Notes: generated by a model not told the origin, from the letters alone. A stretch of DNA of 64,000 bases from Selaginella moellendorffii (GCF_000143415.4 NW_003314280.1:1-64000); one strand, 5' to 3'; numbered from the stretch's first letter, positions 36,101-51,216 are shown. Program-made: numbers and translations.

Positions 36101-39100
36101 AGGACTTGAACTAAATTGAGTTTTTGTAGTGCATATGGTTTTCACCCTTTATCTTATGGTGATTTACTATAAGTTAACCATGAAATAGAACCTAAACCCT
36201 TCATATGCCACATGCCATATGCCATATATTCAAGGATAATAAAGTAAAACCCAAGTTTCAAAGCTTTGGGCCACTAAATGAAGGAATGAGCCAAACTCCT
36301 AAACATGGAATCAAGGAACGAAGGAACTAAAGCACATAGTGACTCCCAAGTGTATAGTCAAAGGAGTAAAGGAACAGGAGAACAGAGCAGCTTAGAATAG
36401 TTTTAGAACTTCCAACATCCCAATGCTAGAATCAGTATGCAAAATGGAGCCAAATAAAATTTGGCACAATTTCAATATACCAGTGGCCTAACACAAGGAT
36501 ATGGGTACTCCATCATTATGGTGATTAAGGCTTAGACCCAAGCCAAATGTAGAATAAGGAGAGACATGCAAGAATGAGCTAAACTATGCCTTAGATGTGA
36601 GACACAAAATCCCTAGGCCCCAAAGTGGAGCTGGAAGGGTGTCACGTGGTAGTGGCCGAAGCGAAAGCCAAACAAGCGTAACACGTTTGGACTAAAAGCT
36701 CCGATTTGATAGGTCGAGAGGTGGAGTGGAACTCTCAATAAAGTGCTCAAGGAGTAAGCACAAAGCAAGCAATAAGCGAGGCTCCAAAAAGGGACCAAAA
36801 GGACCAACACATGACACGTGGAAGTGTCCGAGATGGAGTCCGAGATGGACCCAAGTTGGAGTATGAGGTGGAGTCCAAGATGGAGTCCGAGATGGAGTCC
36901 GAGATGGACCCGAGATGGAGTCTGAGATGGACTGAGACGGAGTCCGAGATGGACCGAGACGGAGTCCGAGATGGAGCCCGAGATGGAGTCCGAGATGGAG
37001 TCCGAGATGGACCGAGACGGAGTCCGAGATGGAGTCTGAGATGGACCCGAGATGGAATCCAAGATGGAGTCCGAGAAGGACCCAAGATGGAGTCTGAGGT
37101 TGAGACCGAGACCAAGACCGAGACCGAGATCAGGACCGAGACCAAGACCGAGCCTGAGTCCGAGTCCGAGTCTGAATCCGAGTCTGAGTCCGAGTCCAAG
37201 TCCGAGTCTGAGTCCGAGTCCGAGAGGGTGAAAGCCTAAAGCGTTCGTCTCCCAGACCCTGGGGGGTTTGGTGAGCTTCAAAAGTATAGTAAGGGGGAGG
37301 ACTGCAATGGAGCAAGTTTGGCCAGGAAAGGCCAGTTTAGCCCAGGAAGGCTAGACCCAATGTTGGGTGATGAACTGACCACTGGGAAGTCCAAGACTAG
37401 AGTGAATATGGACCGACAAGTGGGGTAGCTTGGTGAAGTGTTCAAGAGCCGGCTCTAGTTCCCCCGGGAGATTGACTAGCCGATGCTCCTAGTCCAAGTG
37501 TGGGTGGCACTACCTACTTGGATACCTAGTGTGGCTCAACGAAACCTCGCTCTAAGCCCATGGCTAGAGCACCTAAAGGCAGAAGGTGGGGAAAGTACCC
37601 ATGGGGCTTGCGTAGGCCACGGTGTTCTGAAATGTTGTCCCGAAGTCCCAAATGGGGGAAAGGAAGAGGAGCCATCCTCTAGTGTAGTGATTACGAATAC
37701 GGTCACATGGTGAGGAAGTCCCAGAGGACAATGGGACTTAGTGGCCGGGCCTGCGGGCCTTGATTTAGTAGCAGTGTCGGCGAACATGGCCATGGACAGA
37801 AAAGGGACTTGGTAGGAACTGACAAAGGGATATTGGGGAAGGCTAATCCCCATGTCTATAGGCATCCTAAGGATGCAAAGGAGTGGATCTGGGTTGACCA
37901 CTCATGGATGGATGGCCCAGTCTTGGAGAGACGGGATTATGATGCAAGTGGTATTGGACCACTAGTGCGGTAAAGGTGAATGGGCATGGCCTTAGCGTAA
38001 TGGGCCGATATGTCAGTGGTACCTTTGGGTGTCGGTCTTGGGATTGGACACATGGAGCACTTGGACTAAGTGCAAGGGATGAGTGGCATGGATGCCATCC
38101 TAGGGGCTAGCAAGTCCCAAGTCCTGAATTGGACTTAAGGAGGTTGTGAATGAGACTCCTCCAAGTGGTCAAAGGTGTGGTTAAGTGACTAAAGTAGAAT
38201 GGAAAATTTAGTCGCTTACAATTTGGTATCGGAGTTGTTCCTTAGTCCAACTTTTATTGGTGCTGAAGTATATCACCACTAGTGTTGGCATCGGAAGGTC
38301 CTAGGATGGGCTTGTCCTTGAGGAGTAGCAAGTCGGGAAGACATAGCTCTCCACTACAGTTCACGTGTGAACTTGTGGGCAAGGTGGTGGATAGAAAAGG
38401 GCCAATGATGGAATGACTTTGGGATCTTAGGAACAATGTAAGGCTTTCCTCATTGAGTAAGGATGTGATCCAGATGAGTGTTTGATGCAGGAAATGGGCT
38501 AACATAGTTATGGTAAACAACTATAGTTGGGATCACGGGAAAGATGCAGACTCTAAAACAATAAAGGAGTCACAAGATTACACTCATATAGTTGAGGCTG
38601 GTGCTCATAACTTTGAGACCGGAATTGATGACCATGGGAGGTCAAATACAAAAGAGGACACAAGTCCTTGAAGTGGTAGCCAGGGCTACCTCTAATAAAT
38701 GCTGGAACAACCCAAAGAGTTGGGGGTGTACTTAAAGATGAGTTGCTATTCTCATCACATGGACAAATAGTCCTAAGGGGCAAAAGTTAGCCCTAAGAAA
38801 ATCATCAAGTCACCTTGGAAACTATGACCTTGCAAGTTGTTGGATTTGCAATGTCCAAAATGCTAGATGACTCAAGTGGAGTCATGGAATGGTCCTAAGG
38901 GATTGGTTGAAGCATTTGGACTAAGGTGTATAGTGCCCCATGAGGTATGGGGAGGATCATAAAATCCAAATATGAGAACAGTAGGTATCTCATTGATGGT
39001 AGAATGTGCCATACTAAAGTTGTGGGAAAGATGTTCCTAAAAGAAAGCAACTTTGGCCCAGAGTTGGGTGCAAACACTATGGTGCGGTGCTAACGGATAG

Positions 39101-41568
39101 TTAGCATGAGGAACAACCATACTGGTCTTGGTAAAGACCTAGACACTAATAAGTAGTGTCATAAGGATAGGCTCGTGGGGCCAATGGTGTGGAGGCACCA
39201 AATGTGCTAAGGTGTGATACCTTGAGGTTATGTTAGTGGGTTCATAAGAACCCCTTGCCAAAGGGAATCCCAATGGAAATGGGAATGGCATAACCTAAGC
39301 TGGAAGGCATGTGGTAGAGTGTGGTGACCAAAACAATGATGGAGGTGTGGAAGCACCAGCAATGAGTTATAGGACTTGATAACTATGAGGCAACTAAGCA
39401 AAAGGTGCAAGATAATTTGTTAAACTGGTAGAAGGTAACTACCCAAGACTTCTTAATGGCATAAGGAAGTTAGATATACGCTTATAGGGGATATATTACT
39501 TATGTTGCGATATAATAAGTCAATGTTAAAAAGGGGAATGCTAATTGTCAAAGAGGCCATCATTGGGACACCCAAACACTCTAGAACACCCGAAGGTGGT
39601 GTTTGATGTTGCGAGGGCAATAGATAAGGCCCAAGGGATTGAGTCCCTAGCGATTGATGGATAGGAGGTGCTATCCAAATGTCCAAGGTTCTGGAGATGG
39701 GAGAAATCTGTTTACCTGATTTGGACATAGCCAAAAATGGGATTTTGGCAAGGCTAGTGATGTGCATATAGAGGCCCATAAGTAGCAACATTAATCCCGG
39801 TGTGTGGGATTATAAGGTGAGCATGCTCAGATTGAGGAACCACTCCCTAAGCTATTGGGTAAGTTCATCCCTATGAATACTTGTTAATGCATGGTAAAAG
39901 GTGCAAAGCTATCCTCCTAGTCTGGAGGAGAATAACCAAGGGAAACATATGAGGCCAAAGGGCAAGTAGTATTGGGATGGAACAGAACCATAGAAATCAA
40001 AGGGCATAACCAACGGTGGTTATACAAGTTGGGAGTGGAGAATCAAGAGAGTGCTTAAGAATGTTACTACTAGCAACCGCAATGCTATAGAGAGTCTAAA
40101 ATGTGGAATTATCTATATTAGACCATGTGGTGAGTAGGGAGCTTGCAAAGGAGAAGCCTTAGCAAGTTAAGGAACAGAGTTCCTTGAAGGTTCCCAAAGA
40201 CAATTCTAGGTAGATAAGTACTTAGAAAGCCAAATGTAAATGGTTCCTAGAGCGCGCGAAATCAGAGTGGCGCAGTAGAAGCGTGGTCTTGAAGCTAGCC
40301 ATGAGGCGAAGCTATCAAAGTTGGGGAAGTAGTTCCCAAGTGTTCAAAGAGAGGGTTTTGAATGAAAGTCGATGATTAAGGACTTTCACGCTTATGCATG
40401 AACCATGTTACAATGGCTGAATGACTTGCTAAGTAAGATTGGCAAGTTAGGGGAACAAATCCCCTAGTTGGGCACCAAGGATGTGGTGAATGAGATGGGG
40501 ACACCCAATCTCAATTGCTATGGATCCCTGGCCAGAAGAGCTGGCTTGGGCACACCGCCAAGTGTGGGGGATGCCCCCGGGGTCATAGTCAACAACTTAG
40601 AAGGGTCTGGAAGACCTAGTTCCTATTGGTAGACCTATTAAGGGGTCAAAATGAGATCACTAGGTGATTTTGTGGCTAAACAAGGACAAAGTCTTTGTTT
40701 GGATTAAGGAATATGATTCCTAGTTCAAAGTGTTGATTTGAACTATTGATAATGGTGTGGCTTGGTCAAGGGGACCAAGTGGGAAGAACACCTAAGGGAA
40801 ATGAGCTATGTCAATGCTATGACATAGTAAGTCCGAGGAAAGTAGTTTCTATAAGAGATCCAAGGGAGGGTCTCAAAAGTTGGGCCGTGGATAGAGCCCA
40901 TAGTAGAAAATGTTAAAGAGACGTACTAGGGGTGAACACCCTCTAAACTTGGCAAAGCAAAGTGTTTGCTATGGAACTGAAAGGAAACCTTGAAAATGGA
41001 GGTAGCGATTCTATGTTGCTGAGTGCAACAATCAAAGATAGGAGCAAAAGACTAGTGGTTAAGAAAAAGAGCCATGGGAATCGTGGGAAAGAATCCAAAT
41101 GGCAAAGTTAGGCCGAGAACACTAATGTGTTGGGTGCTAACAGATTGTGGGAAAGGCAATGTTTCCCTAAGGGTGGATTCCCATCCGCTCCAATTTGGTG
41201 AAAGTGGATGCTCTAAAGGGGGGAGCGGTAAGGTAGCCAAATAATAGGGATATGGGCAGCCCTAGCATCAATTACAATAACTAGAATTTAGTGCCAAAGG
41301 TGGCACTATATTGGAGAGAGGATGATGGTACCCTCAAGTAAAGAGCTTCCTAGGGTGGGAAGTGAAGTTGCACAATATGTGCAGTGAAAGGTGTCAAAGA
41401 CACCAACAAAATTGACTTCGAGAAGTCAAAATTAAAAGTTCCAAGGTGAATTGGTTATGTCAATAGAAGTTAGGACTACTCGAGAATGAGTAGTGGAATT
41501 GAGTTAGAGAAGGTGTCTCTAACGGGTTTAGCGAGAACTAAACCAATAAAAGGGAGCAAACCAACCCA

Positions 41569-41785
41569 TGTTATGATCCGGCACAAAAAGACAAAGATCT
41601 AGTCACCTTAGACTATGCTATGCCACCTCTTGAGGTTCCTCACCACCCAACCACCCCCGAGCTACCTCAAAAGCTCCACTGTGAGCCCTAGGGTAGGTTA
41701 AGTCCCTTACCCTAACATGCCTTAATATACCCTTGAGCCTCCCTTTGACCGACATTGACCACGTAATCAAAGCTGGCGCCTAACA
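41569..41785 (-). mobile_element. Solo LTR of the 45129-54888 family
   Basis: Reverse complement of 54655-54888; flanks accca/cccca. Confidence 0.85.
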
Positions 41786-42511
41786 CCCCAAATGGCCGAA
41801 TGAGTCTTTATGTTGGAGAGACTATACCCCTTAGAGGATGGACAAGGCATGGTGAGCCTTCAAAGTCAAACCATAGACAAATATTGGCTGGGTGCCAAGG
41901 ATGGAAATGGTAATGCCTGTGGGTGTTACTTTATAAAAAGGGTTTACTGTTCGATGAGGACATCGAACTTCATCTATGGGTGGTGGAGTTGTGAGACACA
42001 AAATCCCTAGGCCCCAAAGTGGAGCCGGAAGGGCGCCACGTGGTAGTGGCCAAAGCGAAAGCCAAACAAGCGTAACACGTTTGGGCTAAAAGCTCCGATT
42101 TGATAGGTCGAGAGCGGGAGTGGAACTCTCCATAAAGTGCTCAAGGAGCAAGCACAAAGCAAGCAATAAGCGAGGCTCCAAAAAGGGACCAAAAGGACCA
42201 ACACATAACACGTGGAAGTGTCCGAGATGGAGTCCGAGATGGACCCAAGTTGGAGTATGAGGTGGAGTCCAAGATGGAGTTTGAGATGGACCCGAGATGG
42301 AGTCCGAGATGGAGTCCGAGATGGAGTCCGAGATGGAGCCCGAGTTGGAGTCCGAGATGGAGTCCGAGATGGACCCGAGATGGAATCTGAGATGGAGTCT
42401 GAGAAGGACCCGAGATGGAGTCCGAGGTCGAGACTGAGACCGGGACCAAGACTGGGACCGAGACCGAGACTAAGACCGAGACCGAGATCAGGACCGAGAC
42501 CGAGACCTAGG

Positions 42512-43104
42512 TGTAAGCAACCAAAGGGAACAACTTGAGAGACGATCCATGGGGTTCAAATATAGAGGGAAAGGGCCCATGAACAAGAGTGCACCCCCTT
42601 TTCCAATCGGTCAAGGGTCTTGGGATAGTTGGAGTTAAGCGTCCTTGGGTTTGAGTAGTACTGGGATGGGTGACCTCCCGGGAAGTCCAAACCCAAGAGT
42701 TTACATTTGGTATCAGAGAGGTCTCAGGTCCGACTCTGTTGGTTGGCTAGGGGAATCACACCACATGTTGATTGACATCTGGCTGGTCCAGTTTGCTCCC
42801 GCTGGGCTCGACCCGAGGGGTAGGGTGTCAAGAGAGCGGGGCTCTCGGGAGAGCTGCGGCTCTCAGCTTCCGTTCACGAGGGCGTGAACTTGCAGGGAAG
42901 CGTGGTGGATTGTAAGCAACCAAAGGGAACGACTTGAGAGACGATCCATGGGGTTCAAATATAGAGGGAAAGGGCCCATAAACAAGAGTGCACCCCCTTT
43001 TCCAATCAGTCAAGGGTCTTGGGATAGTTGGAGTTAAGCATCCTTGGGTTTGAGTAGTACTGAGATGGGTGACCTCCCGGGAAGTCCAAACCCAGGAGTT
43101 TACA
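42512..43104 (+). mobile_element. TRIM (194-bp LTRs) inserted in the 3' LTR of the LARD
   Basis: LTRs 42512-42705 and 42911-43104; PBS tggtatcagag; purine-rich tract before LTR2; TSD CTAGG. Confidence 0.93.
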
Positions 43105-45857
43105 CTAGGCCGAGGCTGAGACCGAGCCTGAGTCTGAGTCCGAGTCTGAATCCAAGTCCGAGTCTGAGTCCGAATCTGAATCCAAGTCCGAGTCTGAGTC
43201 TGAGTCCGAGTCCGAGAGGGTGAAAGCCCAAAGCGTTCATCTCTCAGACCCTGGGTGGTTTGGTGAGCTCCAAAAGTATAGTAAGGGGGAGGACTGCAAT
43301 GGAGCCAGTTTGGCCCAGGAAGGTTGGGTGATGAATTGACCACTGGGAAGTCCAAGACTAGAGTGAATACGGACTGACAAGCGGGGTAGCTTGGTGAAGT
43401 GTTCAAGAGCCGGCTCTAGTTCCCCTGGGAGATCGACTGGCCGATGCTCCTAGTCCAAGTGTGGGTTGCACTACCTACTTGGATACCTGGTGTAGCTCAA
43501 TGGAACCTCGCTCTAAGCCCATGGCTAGAGCACCTAAAGGCAGAAGGTGGGGAGAGTACCCACGGGGCTCGCGTAGGGCTATGGTGTTCTGAAATGTTGT
43601 CCCGAAGTCCCAAATGGGGGAAAGGAAGAGGAGCCATCCTCTAGTGTAGTGATTATGAATACGGTCACATGGTGAGGAAGTCCCAGAGGACAATGGGACT
43701 TAGTGGCCTGGCCTACGGGCCTTGATCTAGTGGCAGTGTCGGCGAACATGGCCATGGACAGAAAAGGGACTTGGTAGGAACTGACAAAGGGATATTGGGG
43801 AAGGCTAATCCCCATGTCTATAGGCATCCTAAGGATGTTAAGGAGTGGATCTGGGTTGACCACTAGTGGATGGATGGCCCAGTCTTGGAGAGACGGGATT
43901 ATGATGCAAGTGGTATTGGACCACTAGTGCGGTAAAGGTGAATGGGCATGGCCTTAGCGTAATGGGCCAATATGTCAGTGTTACTTTTGGGTGTCGGTCT
44001 TGGGATTGGACACGTGGAGCACTTGGACTAAGTGCAAGGGATGAGTGGCATGGATGCCATCCTCGGGGCTAGCAAGTCCCAAGTCCTGAATTGGACTTAA
44101 GGAGGTTGTGAATGAGACTCCTCCAAGTGGTCAAAGGTGTGGTTAAGTGACTAAAGTAGAATGGAAAATTTAGTCGCTTACATTAGGTTGATTGGCCATA
44201 CCTAACCTACCCTCTATCCTTACCATATATTTGAAACCCCCTACAGGCCCCCTTCTGAGGAACACATGCTTTGGGCTTTCACCCTTAGTCACCTTTATTA
44301 CCAAGAGTTAATCTCTGGGATTAATTTGAAACCTACTAAATATGGAATGGCATTAGATTGCAAATTTGGACATGAGAGCAACACTATTATATTCAAGACA
44401 ATTCTAAATTCCATAGATATGCTAAATTAGCAAATTTAGACACTTTTCATAAATAACAATTAAGACTGAATAGAACTAACACAAGGCGCATGATAGCAAT
44501 AGTGTTTGGCAAATATAGTAAGCTATCATTTTGTGAATATTGAGGGACCAAACTCAATATTGCGGGGTTCCCAACACTAGCAAGTGCAAGTTAATAAATG
44601 AGTTTGTCTAACCAGATCAAGTATGCTTGACTAATAGCACTTAGGAATTTTGTCCTTATGCTCATCTAATCAAGTGCATATGAGAAGACCAATTTCATAA
44701 CTAGCTTGAGTGGAGATTGGAAAAGGGTCTAATAATACTGACCTCTTGCTATTGTGACAGTAAAAAAAGAATATTTAAAAGGATTAGCCGATCAGTAACT
44801 TTAGATACATTTACGATACTTTCCCCCCCTTAGGGAAGATTGATGTTCTCGTCAATACATACTCTAGTCTAGAACAGTACCATGGAAATAACCCTAGAAA
44901 AAATTTATTGTGTTCACATTTTGTGAAAAATGCACCAACTTAAATGAGTTAGGAGGCCACCTCTCTGTGTAATGCAAATGTGCTACACTCAAACACCTTA
45001 TAGTTGTTACTGAAAGGGAAATGACCAATAGAGTTAGACACTCTTGCTGCTTTGGGTATCACTTAACTTACAAAAGATGATAGCCCCTGTTTAATGTGGC
45101 ATAGAAAGAGAAGCTAGAAGCCCTAACTTGTTAGGCACCAGCTTTGACCACATGGTCAACATTAGTCAAAGGGAGGCTCAAGGGTATATTAAGGCATGTT
45201 AGGGTAAAGAACCTAAGAGTGACGGTGCAGAGGAGCTTTTGAGATAGCTTGGGGGTGGTTGAGTGGTGAGGCACCTCAAGAGGAGGTGTAGTCTAGTCTA
45301 GGAAGACTAGATTGTTGATTTTTCAGGCCGGGTCATAACATTGGTATTAAAGGAGTTTGTTGCAATGGCCGACTAAGCTGAATGTTGGAATCCTATTGTC
45401 GATAGTGGTGCCGACAATGGTGCCGACAGAGCTGTAAAGATTTGGACCATTCAAGATGTGGTTCATGAGTTGTGAGCCCTTAATTAAAATCAGCAAGAGA
45501 TGTAAGATGAGATGCATGGCATGATGGATACCATATGTGGGCGTGTTAAGGCACTCGAGGTTGGATGTGGTAGCGCTCCAAGTAAGCCTTCTTTGGTAGA
45601 TCAACTCAAGATTCCAACCATTTGCAGTGATAGTGGTGACTACTTCAGATGCAAAGGGGTCCAAGAAGTAGAAGTTCTTTATGAGGAATTATAGACAAAG
45701 TTGTCATCATTGCGGCGAGCTTGGACACTACAAAGTTGATTGTCCACAGCTGAAGAACAAGCAGCAAAGAAAAAAGAATGGCCAATTTTTATTGATGAGA
45801 AGTTAGATATTAAAAAGTTGCAAACTTTGCAACGTGAGGATAACAAGAATAACCATT

Positions 45858-48800
45858 TGTAAGGAACCAACTCGCCGAGGTGTCGTAGGCTAAAGGAACC
45901 CCGAAAGCATGACCAAAATGACAAAGAGTTCATCGGATGGGACCAAGTCGAGATCGAGTCCAAGACCGACTCTAGGCCTGAGTTCGAGATAGAGTCCGGA
46001 ATCGAGTCCGAGACCGACTCGGGGACCGAGTTCGAGTCCGAGTTCGAGACCGAGTTCGAGACGGAGTCCGAGATCCGAAATCGGGTCCGAGACCGAGTCC
46101 GAGGTCGAGTCCGAGGTCGGGTCCGAGATCGGGTCCGAGATCGAGTCCGAGATCGAGTCCGAACCCGAATCCGAAGTCGGATCCGAAATCGGGTCCGAGA
46201 TCGAGCTAGAGACTAAGTCCAAATACTAATACGGGTCAAGGGGTGAAAGCCCAAAGCGTGCGTCTCCCAGGGGGGGGGGGGGGGGGCTGCAGGGGGTTCC
46301 AAAAGTATAGTAGGGACAGTGAGGTCTAGGAACCAGTTTTGAAGGGACTCTCCAGTTGGGCTTCCAAATCGACTTGAGGTTGGGACTGGGACCGAGGGGC
46401 CTTGGGTGGGAGTGAGCATGGACTTGGCTGGTGCCGGAGGGGCCATCCAAGGAAGTGCTCAAGAGCAGCTCCCACTCCCGAAAGGGGAACCGATTGCGGT
46501 GCTCCCGGCTCATGTGGGGTGGTGCCCCACTTGAGTACCATGCGGCTCATTGGTCCTCGCCCTTCCTAGGGGCTTGGGCCTTCCTTCGGGATGGGAGTGG
46601 GGGGCGAGAGGTACCCATACCGGGCCGCTAGGCCACGGTGTTTCGCCCCGGCGTCCCGAAGCAAGTGTTGCACTCAAGACTTGGGATTTAGAGGGTCCCA
46701 TGATCAAGTCTTGTGGTACCAAGGGATGTTAGGAACCTGGAAGCTTGGTGTGCTTGGCTGCTTGTGCTTGCGGGGAGTGTAGCCGAACCTTAAGTCCAGT
46801 CTAACCCGGGGAGGGGGATTGAGAGTGATTTGGGAATCTGTGGAAGGATGGCTAACACTCCGTTGCTCGTGCAGTGAGTAGCTGAAACCAAGTAGGAGCT
46901 GGTACCATAGGCGAAAACCTTGGCAAGGGAACTTAGCAAAAGCCAAGGCAGTGTCGGACGGATAGACGAGGTAAGCTGGCAAATTGGAACGGAAAAATTT
47001 GTGGCTTACAATTTGGTATCGGAGCCTTCTCCTCAGTTCTAGCGAAGGATAGAGGCGGATTGCTGGGAGATGGCAAGGGCAGGGCGTAAGCGAACCCAGG
47101 CGGAGACAGAACCTCCGCCAGAGCTGGAGCCTCCGGTCGAACAAGAGGCTATGGATGAGGAATCCTTGCATGAGGAGGACTCTAGTGAGGAAACTTCCAA
47201 ACAGGAGTCCGGTGGCGAGGTTCGGTCGTCCAAGGCTCAATTGGACGTTCTAGAAGGTCAATTGGCGCAGACCAATGCCCTGCTGGAGACTCTCGTACGC
47301 AAGCTAAAGCGTGACGAGAAGCGGAAGAAAAGGCAAAAGACTGCGGATGCTGGCAGCGCAGAAGGTGCGGACCCTTCGGCAGGGACTGAGGCAAAACCAG
47401 ACAAGGTCGAACAGACTGAAGTGGAATCAGTCCCTCAGGCAGTTCCCAAGTACAAACCAAAGCCCCCACCGGTCTTCAAGGGAGTGAATGACTATAAGGT
47501 GGTGAAGGATTGGTTTTACGATATGGAGGACTACTTCCGAGCGTTGCGGTTACCAAGCTTGGAGAAGGTCCCATGTGCAAAACCATACTTGGCAGACAAT
47601 GCCAAGTCTTGGTGGAGAACAACGGAGGCCAACGAAGGACCGGTGGTCACTTGGGACATGATGAAGGCGAGGATGCGCGCAACATATGTTCCTCCGAATG
47701 CCACTCTGCATCTGAGGGATGAACTGAGTAGGCTGAAGCAGATTGGAACCATCCAGGAATATGTGAATGGGTTCATGGCAAAGAGGATACTTGTCACGGA
47801 CATGGGGGATATGGATGCGTTCCATGCCTTCATATCAGGTTTGCAAACCTGGGCTCGTGGTGAGGTGATGCGCTGGAACCCGACCAACTACAAGGAAGCG
47901 TTGGATGCGGCCATCAAGGTGCATTTCAACGATAACCTACGAAAGGGGAACACGACGGGGTCGGGATCCACGTTCAGCAAAGGGGCCAAACCAAGGGGAA
48001 CATATAGTAGGGGGAAATTCAAGAAGAGTTTCTCTAAGAATGAGTCCTCTGGGTTCCGGAAAGGCAAATCCGGTGGCCAGCGAGCAAGTACGTGGGGGAG
48101 TCAAGCGAAAAGAGACAAACCCACGGATAAGAAGGTCAAGTCATATAGCAGCGTGGGAAGCAACGTATGCTACAACTGCGGTGAAGCGGGACACTTCTTG
48201 AGGGAATGTCCCTACCCGAAGAAGGCCAGAGCCAATATGGCCATCAAGTCGGGTGAAGTCCAAACTGAGGTATGTGATCCAGTCCTTAACTCAAAGTTGC
48301 TCATTACACGAGCAACTTTGGTAGAGAGTCGTTCGCGACATCTACTAGCCCTCCGAGGGAAGCTCGGAGGTAGCTTTGTTAAGATCCTTATTGACACGGG
48401 TGCTTCGGATAATTTTGTGGCTACAGACATAGTCCGGCAAGCCGGACTAACGGTGCAGCGGCTAGGCGAACCAAGGACTATAGAGTTTGTTCAAGGTAGC
48501 CAAAGCACCGATGAGGTACTTCGACAAGCGAGAGTTGAAGTAGGGACATGGAAAGTAGACATGGATTTCACCGTGTTGGACATGGCGGGATTTGACGTGA
48601 TCTTCGGAATGGATTGGTTCAATCGGTTCGTGGTAGCCCTGCATGGACAAGGTAGGAACCTTGTGGTACTGGCGAATGCCCAAGGAAGAAGATCTAGGGT
48701 GGAGGCCCAGGATCTAAAGGTAGGGCAAAGCAAGGCCAAAGAATCTTGCTTAAACCTGGTGTCCACGAGAGGACAACTCACTAAAGGAACTAAGGCAGCA

Positions 48801-51216
48801 TTTTTGTGCTTACTCTCGGTGAAGAGTGACAAAAAGACAGGAACGGAAGAAGTACCTTTAGTGATTTAGCGGGTGTTGGACCAATTCCAGGATACCATGC
48901 CGGAGGAGCTACCGGCGGGGTTACCCCCCGCACGACCGATAGAACATAAGATTGAGCTGGTCGAGGGTGCTGAGGCGGTGGTTCGTCCCCCATATCGTTT
49001 GAACGAAAAAGAACTCAAGGAGCTCAAGTGCCAACTAGAGGAGTTGGTGGGCAAAGGGTATGTGAGGTTGAGCAAGTTGCCATATGGGGCGCCGGTGTTA
49101 TTTGTGAAAAAGAAAGATGGATCTATGCGCATGTGCATAGATTACCGGTTGCTCAACAAGTATACCAAGAAGAACAAGTACCCGTTGCCAAGGATTGAGG
49201 ACCTGTTCGATAGGTTGGGAAAGGCAAAATACTTCTCGAGGATTGACCTAAGGTCAGGATACTACCAGATCAGGGTAGCCGAGGAAGATGTCGAGAAGAC
49301 AACCTGTCGAACGAGGTATGGGAGCTTTGAGTTTTTGGTGATGCCCTTTGGGCTGTGCAATGCGCTGGCAACGTTTTCGGCGTTGATGAACCACATCTTT
49401 GTACCCTATCTGGATCACTTCGTGGTCGTCTATATTGACATCCTGATCTATAGCGAGACGCTAGAGGAGCATGCCGAACACTTGGCAAAGGTGTTTGAGA
49501 AACTAAGGGAACATAAACTGTATGCTAAAGAGAGCAAATGTGACTTTGCTCAGCAAGAGATAAAGTTTCTCGGGCATGTGGTGGGCCAGGACGGGCTCAA
49601 GGTGGACCCGGAGAAGGTCCAAGCGATCCAGAGAGATGGGGAAGATGCACCCAATGTTCCACGTGAACTTACTCAAGCCATACTTTGAGGATCCACTTCG
49701 CAAGGACCAAGTGAGACCTTTACCTGAGGTTATCCAAGGGGAAGAGGAATACGAAGTCGAGGCCATCCTCAATGCGCGCAAGAGCAAGCGACAAGGACGC
49801 GAGGTGAGAGAGTTCCATGTGAAGTGGAAAGGATTTCCACACTGCGAAGCAACATGGGAACCGGAGGAGAACCTAGCGAACGCGCGAGATCTAGTGGAGG
49901 AATTTCTGCAAGGCAGAACTCTATGTACTTATGCAAAATTCAATTAAAAATATCAATTTGCAAAGTTGAGCAAGTGGCATATGTTGGGACCCGAAGGCGC
50001 GCCAAAGGTAAGCTAATTAGCATGGGTTGGATATGTCGACCAGGCGTAGGGCACTACATCCGACTCCCCGCGGGGATGTCGAATCCGTAGACGTATTCTA
50101 CGGAGGTTGGGTTCGAGTCCCAACCCCCTAGTAAAGCAAGGCTGGGTTCAAGTCCCGACCCCATACTAGGGCGTGGTGAGGTGAGGAGTATAGGGACACC
50201 TATATTCCGTTGTCATGGGCTCTTGGCCGGGGAGGCTAACTTAGGCACACCGCTAAGTGGGGGGATGCCCCCGGAGACATGGTCAACAAGTCGTAGAATA
50301 AAATGAGACGTTCGATGTGGGCATCGAACTTCTTCTATGGGTGGTGGAGTTGTAAGGAACCAACTCGCCGAGGTGTCGTAGGCTAAAGGAACCCCGAAAG
50401 CATGACCAAAATGACAAAGAGTTCATCGGATGGGACCAAGTCGAGATCGAGTCCAAGACCGACTCTAGGACTAAGTTCGAGATAGAGTCCAGAATCGAGT
50501 CCGAGACCGACTCGGGGACCGAGTTCGAGTCCGAGTTCGAGACCGAGTTCGAGACGGAGTCCGAGATCCGAAATCGGGTCCGAGACCGAGTCCGAGGTCG
50601 AGTCCGAGGTCGGGTCCGAGATCGGGTCTGAGATCGAGTCCGAGATCGAGTTCAAACCCGAATCCGAAGTCGGATCCGAAATCGGGTCCGAGAAACCGAT
50701 TGCGGTGCTCCCGGCTCATGTGGAGTGGTGCCCCACTTGAGTACCATGCGGCTCATTGGTCCTCACCCTTCCTAGGGGCTTGGGCCTTCCTTCGGGATGG
50801 GAGTGGGGGGCGAGAGGTACCCATACCGGGCCGCTAGGCCACGGTGTTTTGCCCCAGCGTCCCGAAGCAAGTGTTGCACTCAAGACTTGGGATTTAGAGG
50901 GTCCCATGATCAAGTCTTGTGGTACCAAGGGATGTTAGGAACCTAGAAGCTTGGTGTGCTTGGCTGCTTGTGCTTGCGGGGAGTGTAGCCGAACCTTAAG
51001 TCCAATCTAACCCGGGGAGGGGGATTAAGAGTGATTTGGGAATCCGTGGAAGGATGGCTAACACTCCGTTGCTCGTGCAGTGAGTAGCTGAAACCAAGTA
51101 GGAGCTGGTACCATAGGCAAAAACCTTGGCAAGGGAACTTAGCAAAAGCCAAGGCAGTGTCGGACGGATAGACGAGGTAAGCTGGTAAATTGGAAAGGAA
51201 AAATTTGTGGCTTACA
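45858..51216 (+). mobile_element. Third chromovirus copy, internally deleted
   Basis: LTRs 45858-47010 and 50351-51216 (the latter with an internal deletion near 50692); perfect TSD CCATT. Confidence 0.95.
47070..49947 (+). pseudogene. gag-pol: Gypsy gag-pol copy 3 lacking RNase H and integrase core
   Basis: TAG at 48867-48869; YIDD reduced to YID; ~1.9-kb deletion at ~49630 joins the RT end to the pre-chromodomain region. Confidence 0.93.

Larger units (their letters stand above)
36596..44182 (+). mobile_element. Non-autonomous large LTR element (LARD-like)
   Basis: LTRs 36596-38220 and 41990-44182 (TGTGAG..CTTACA); PBS tggtatcggag; PPT atgggtggtggagt; near TSD ttaga/ttagg; no long internal ORF. 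Confidence 0.88.
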
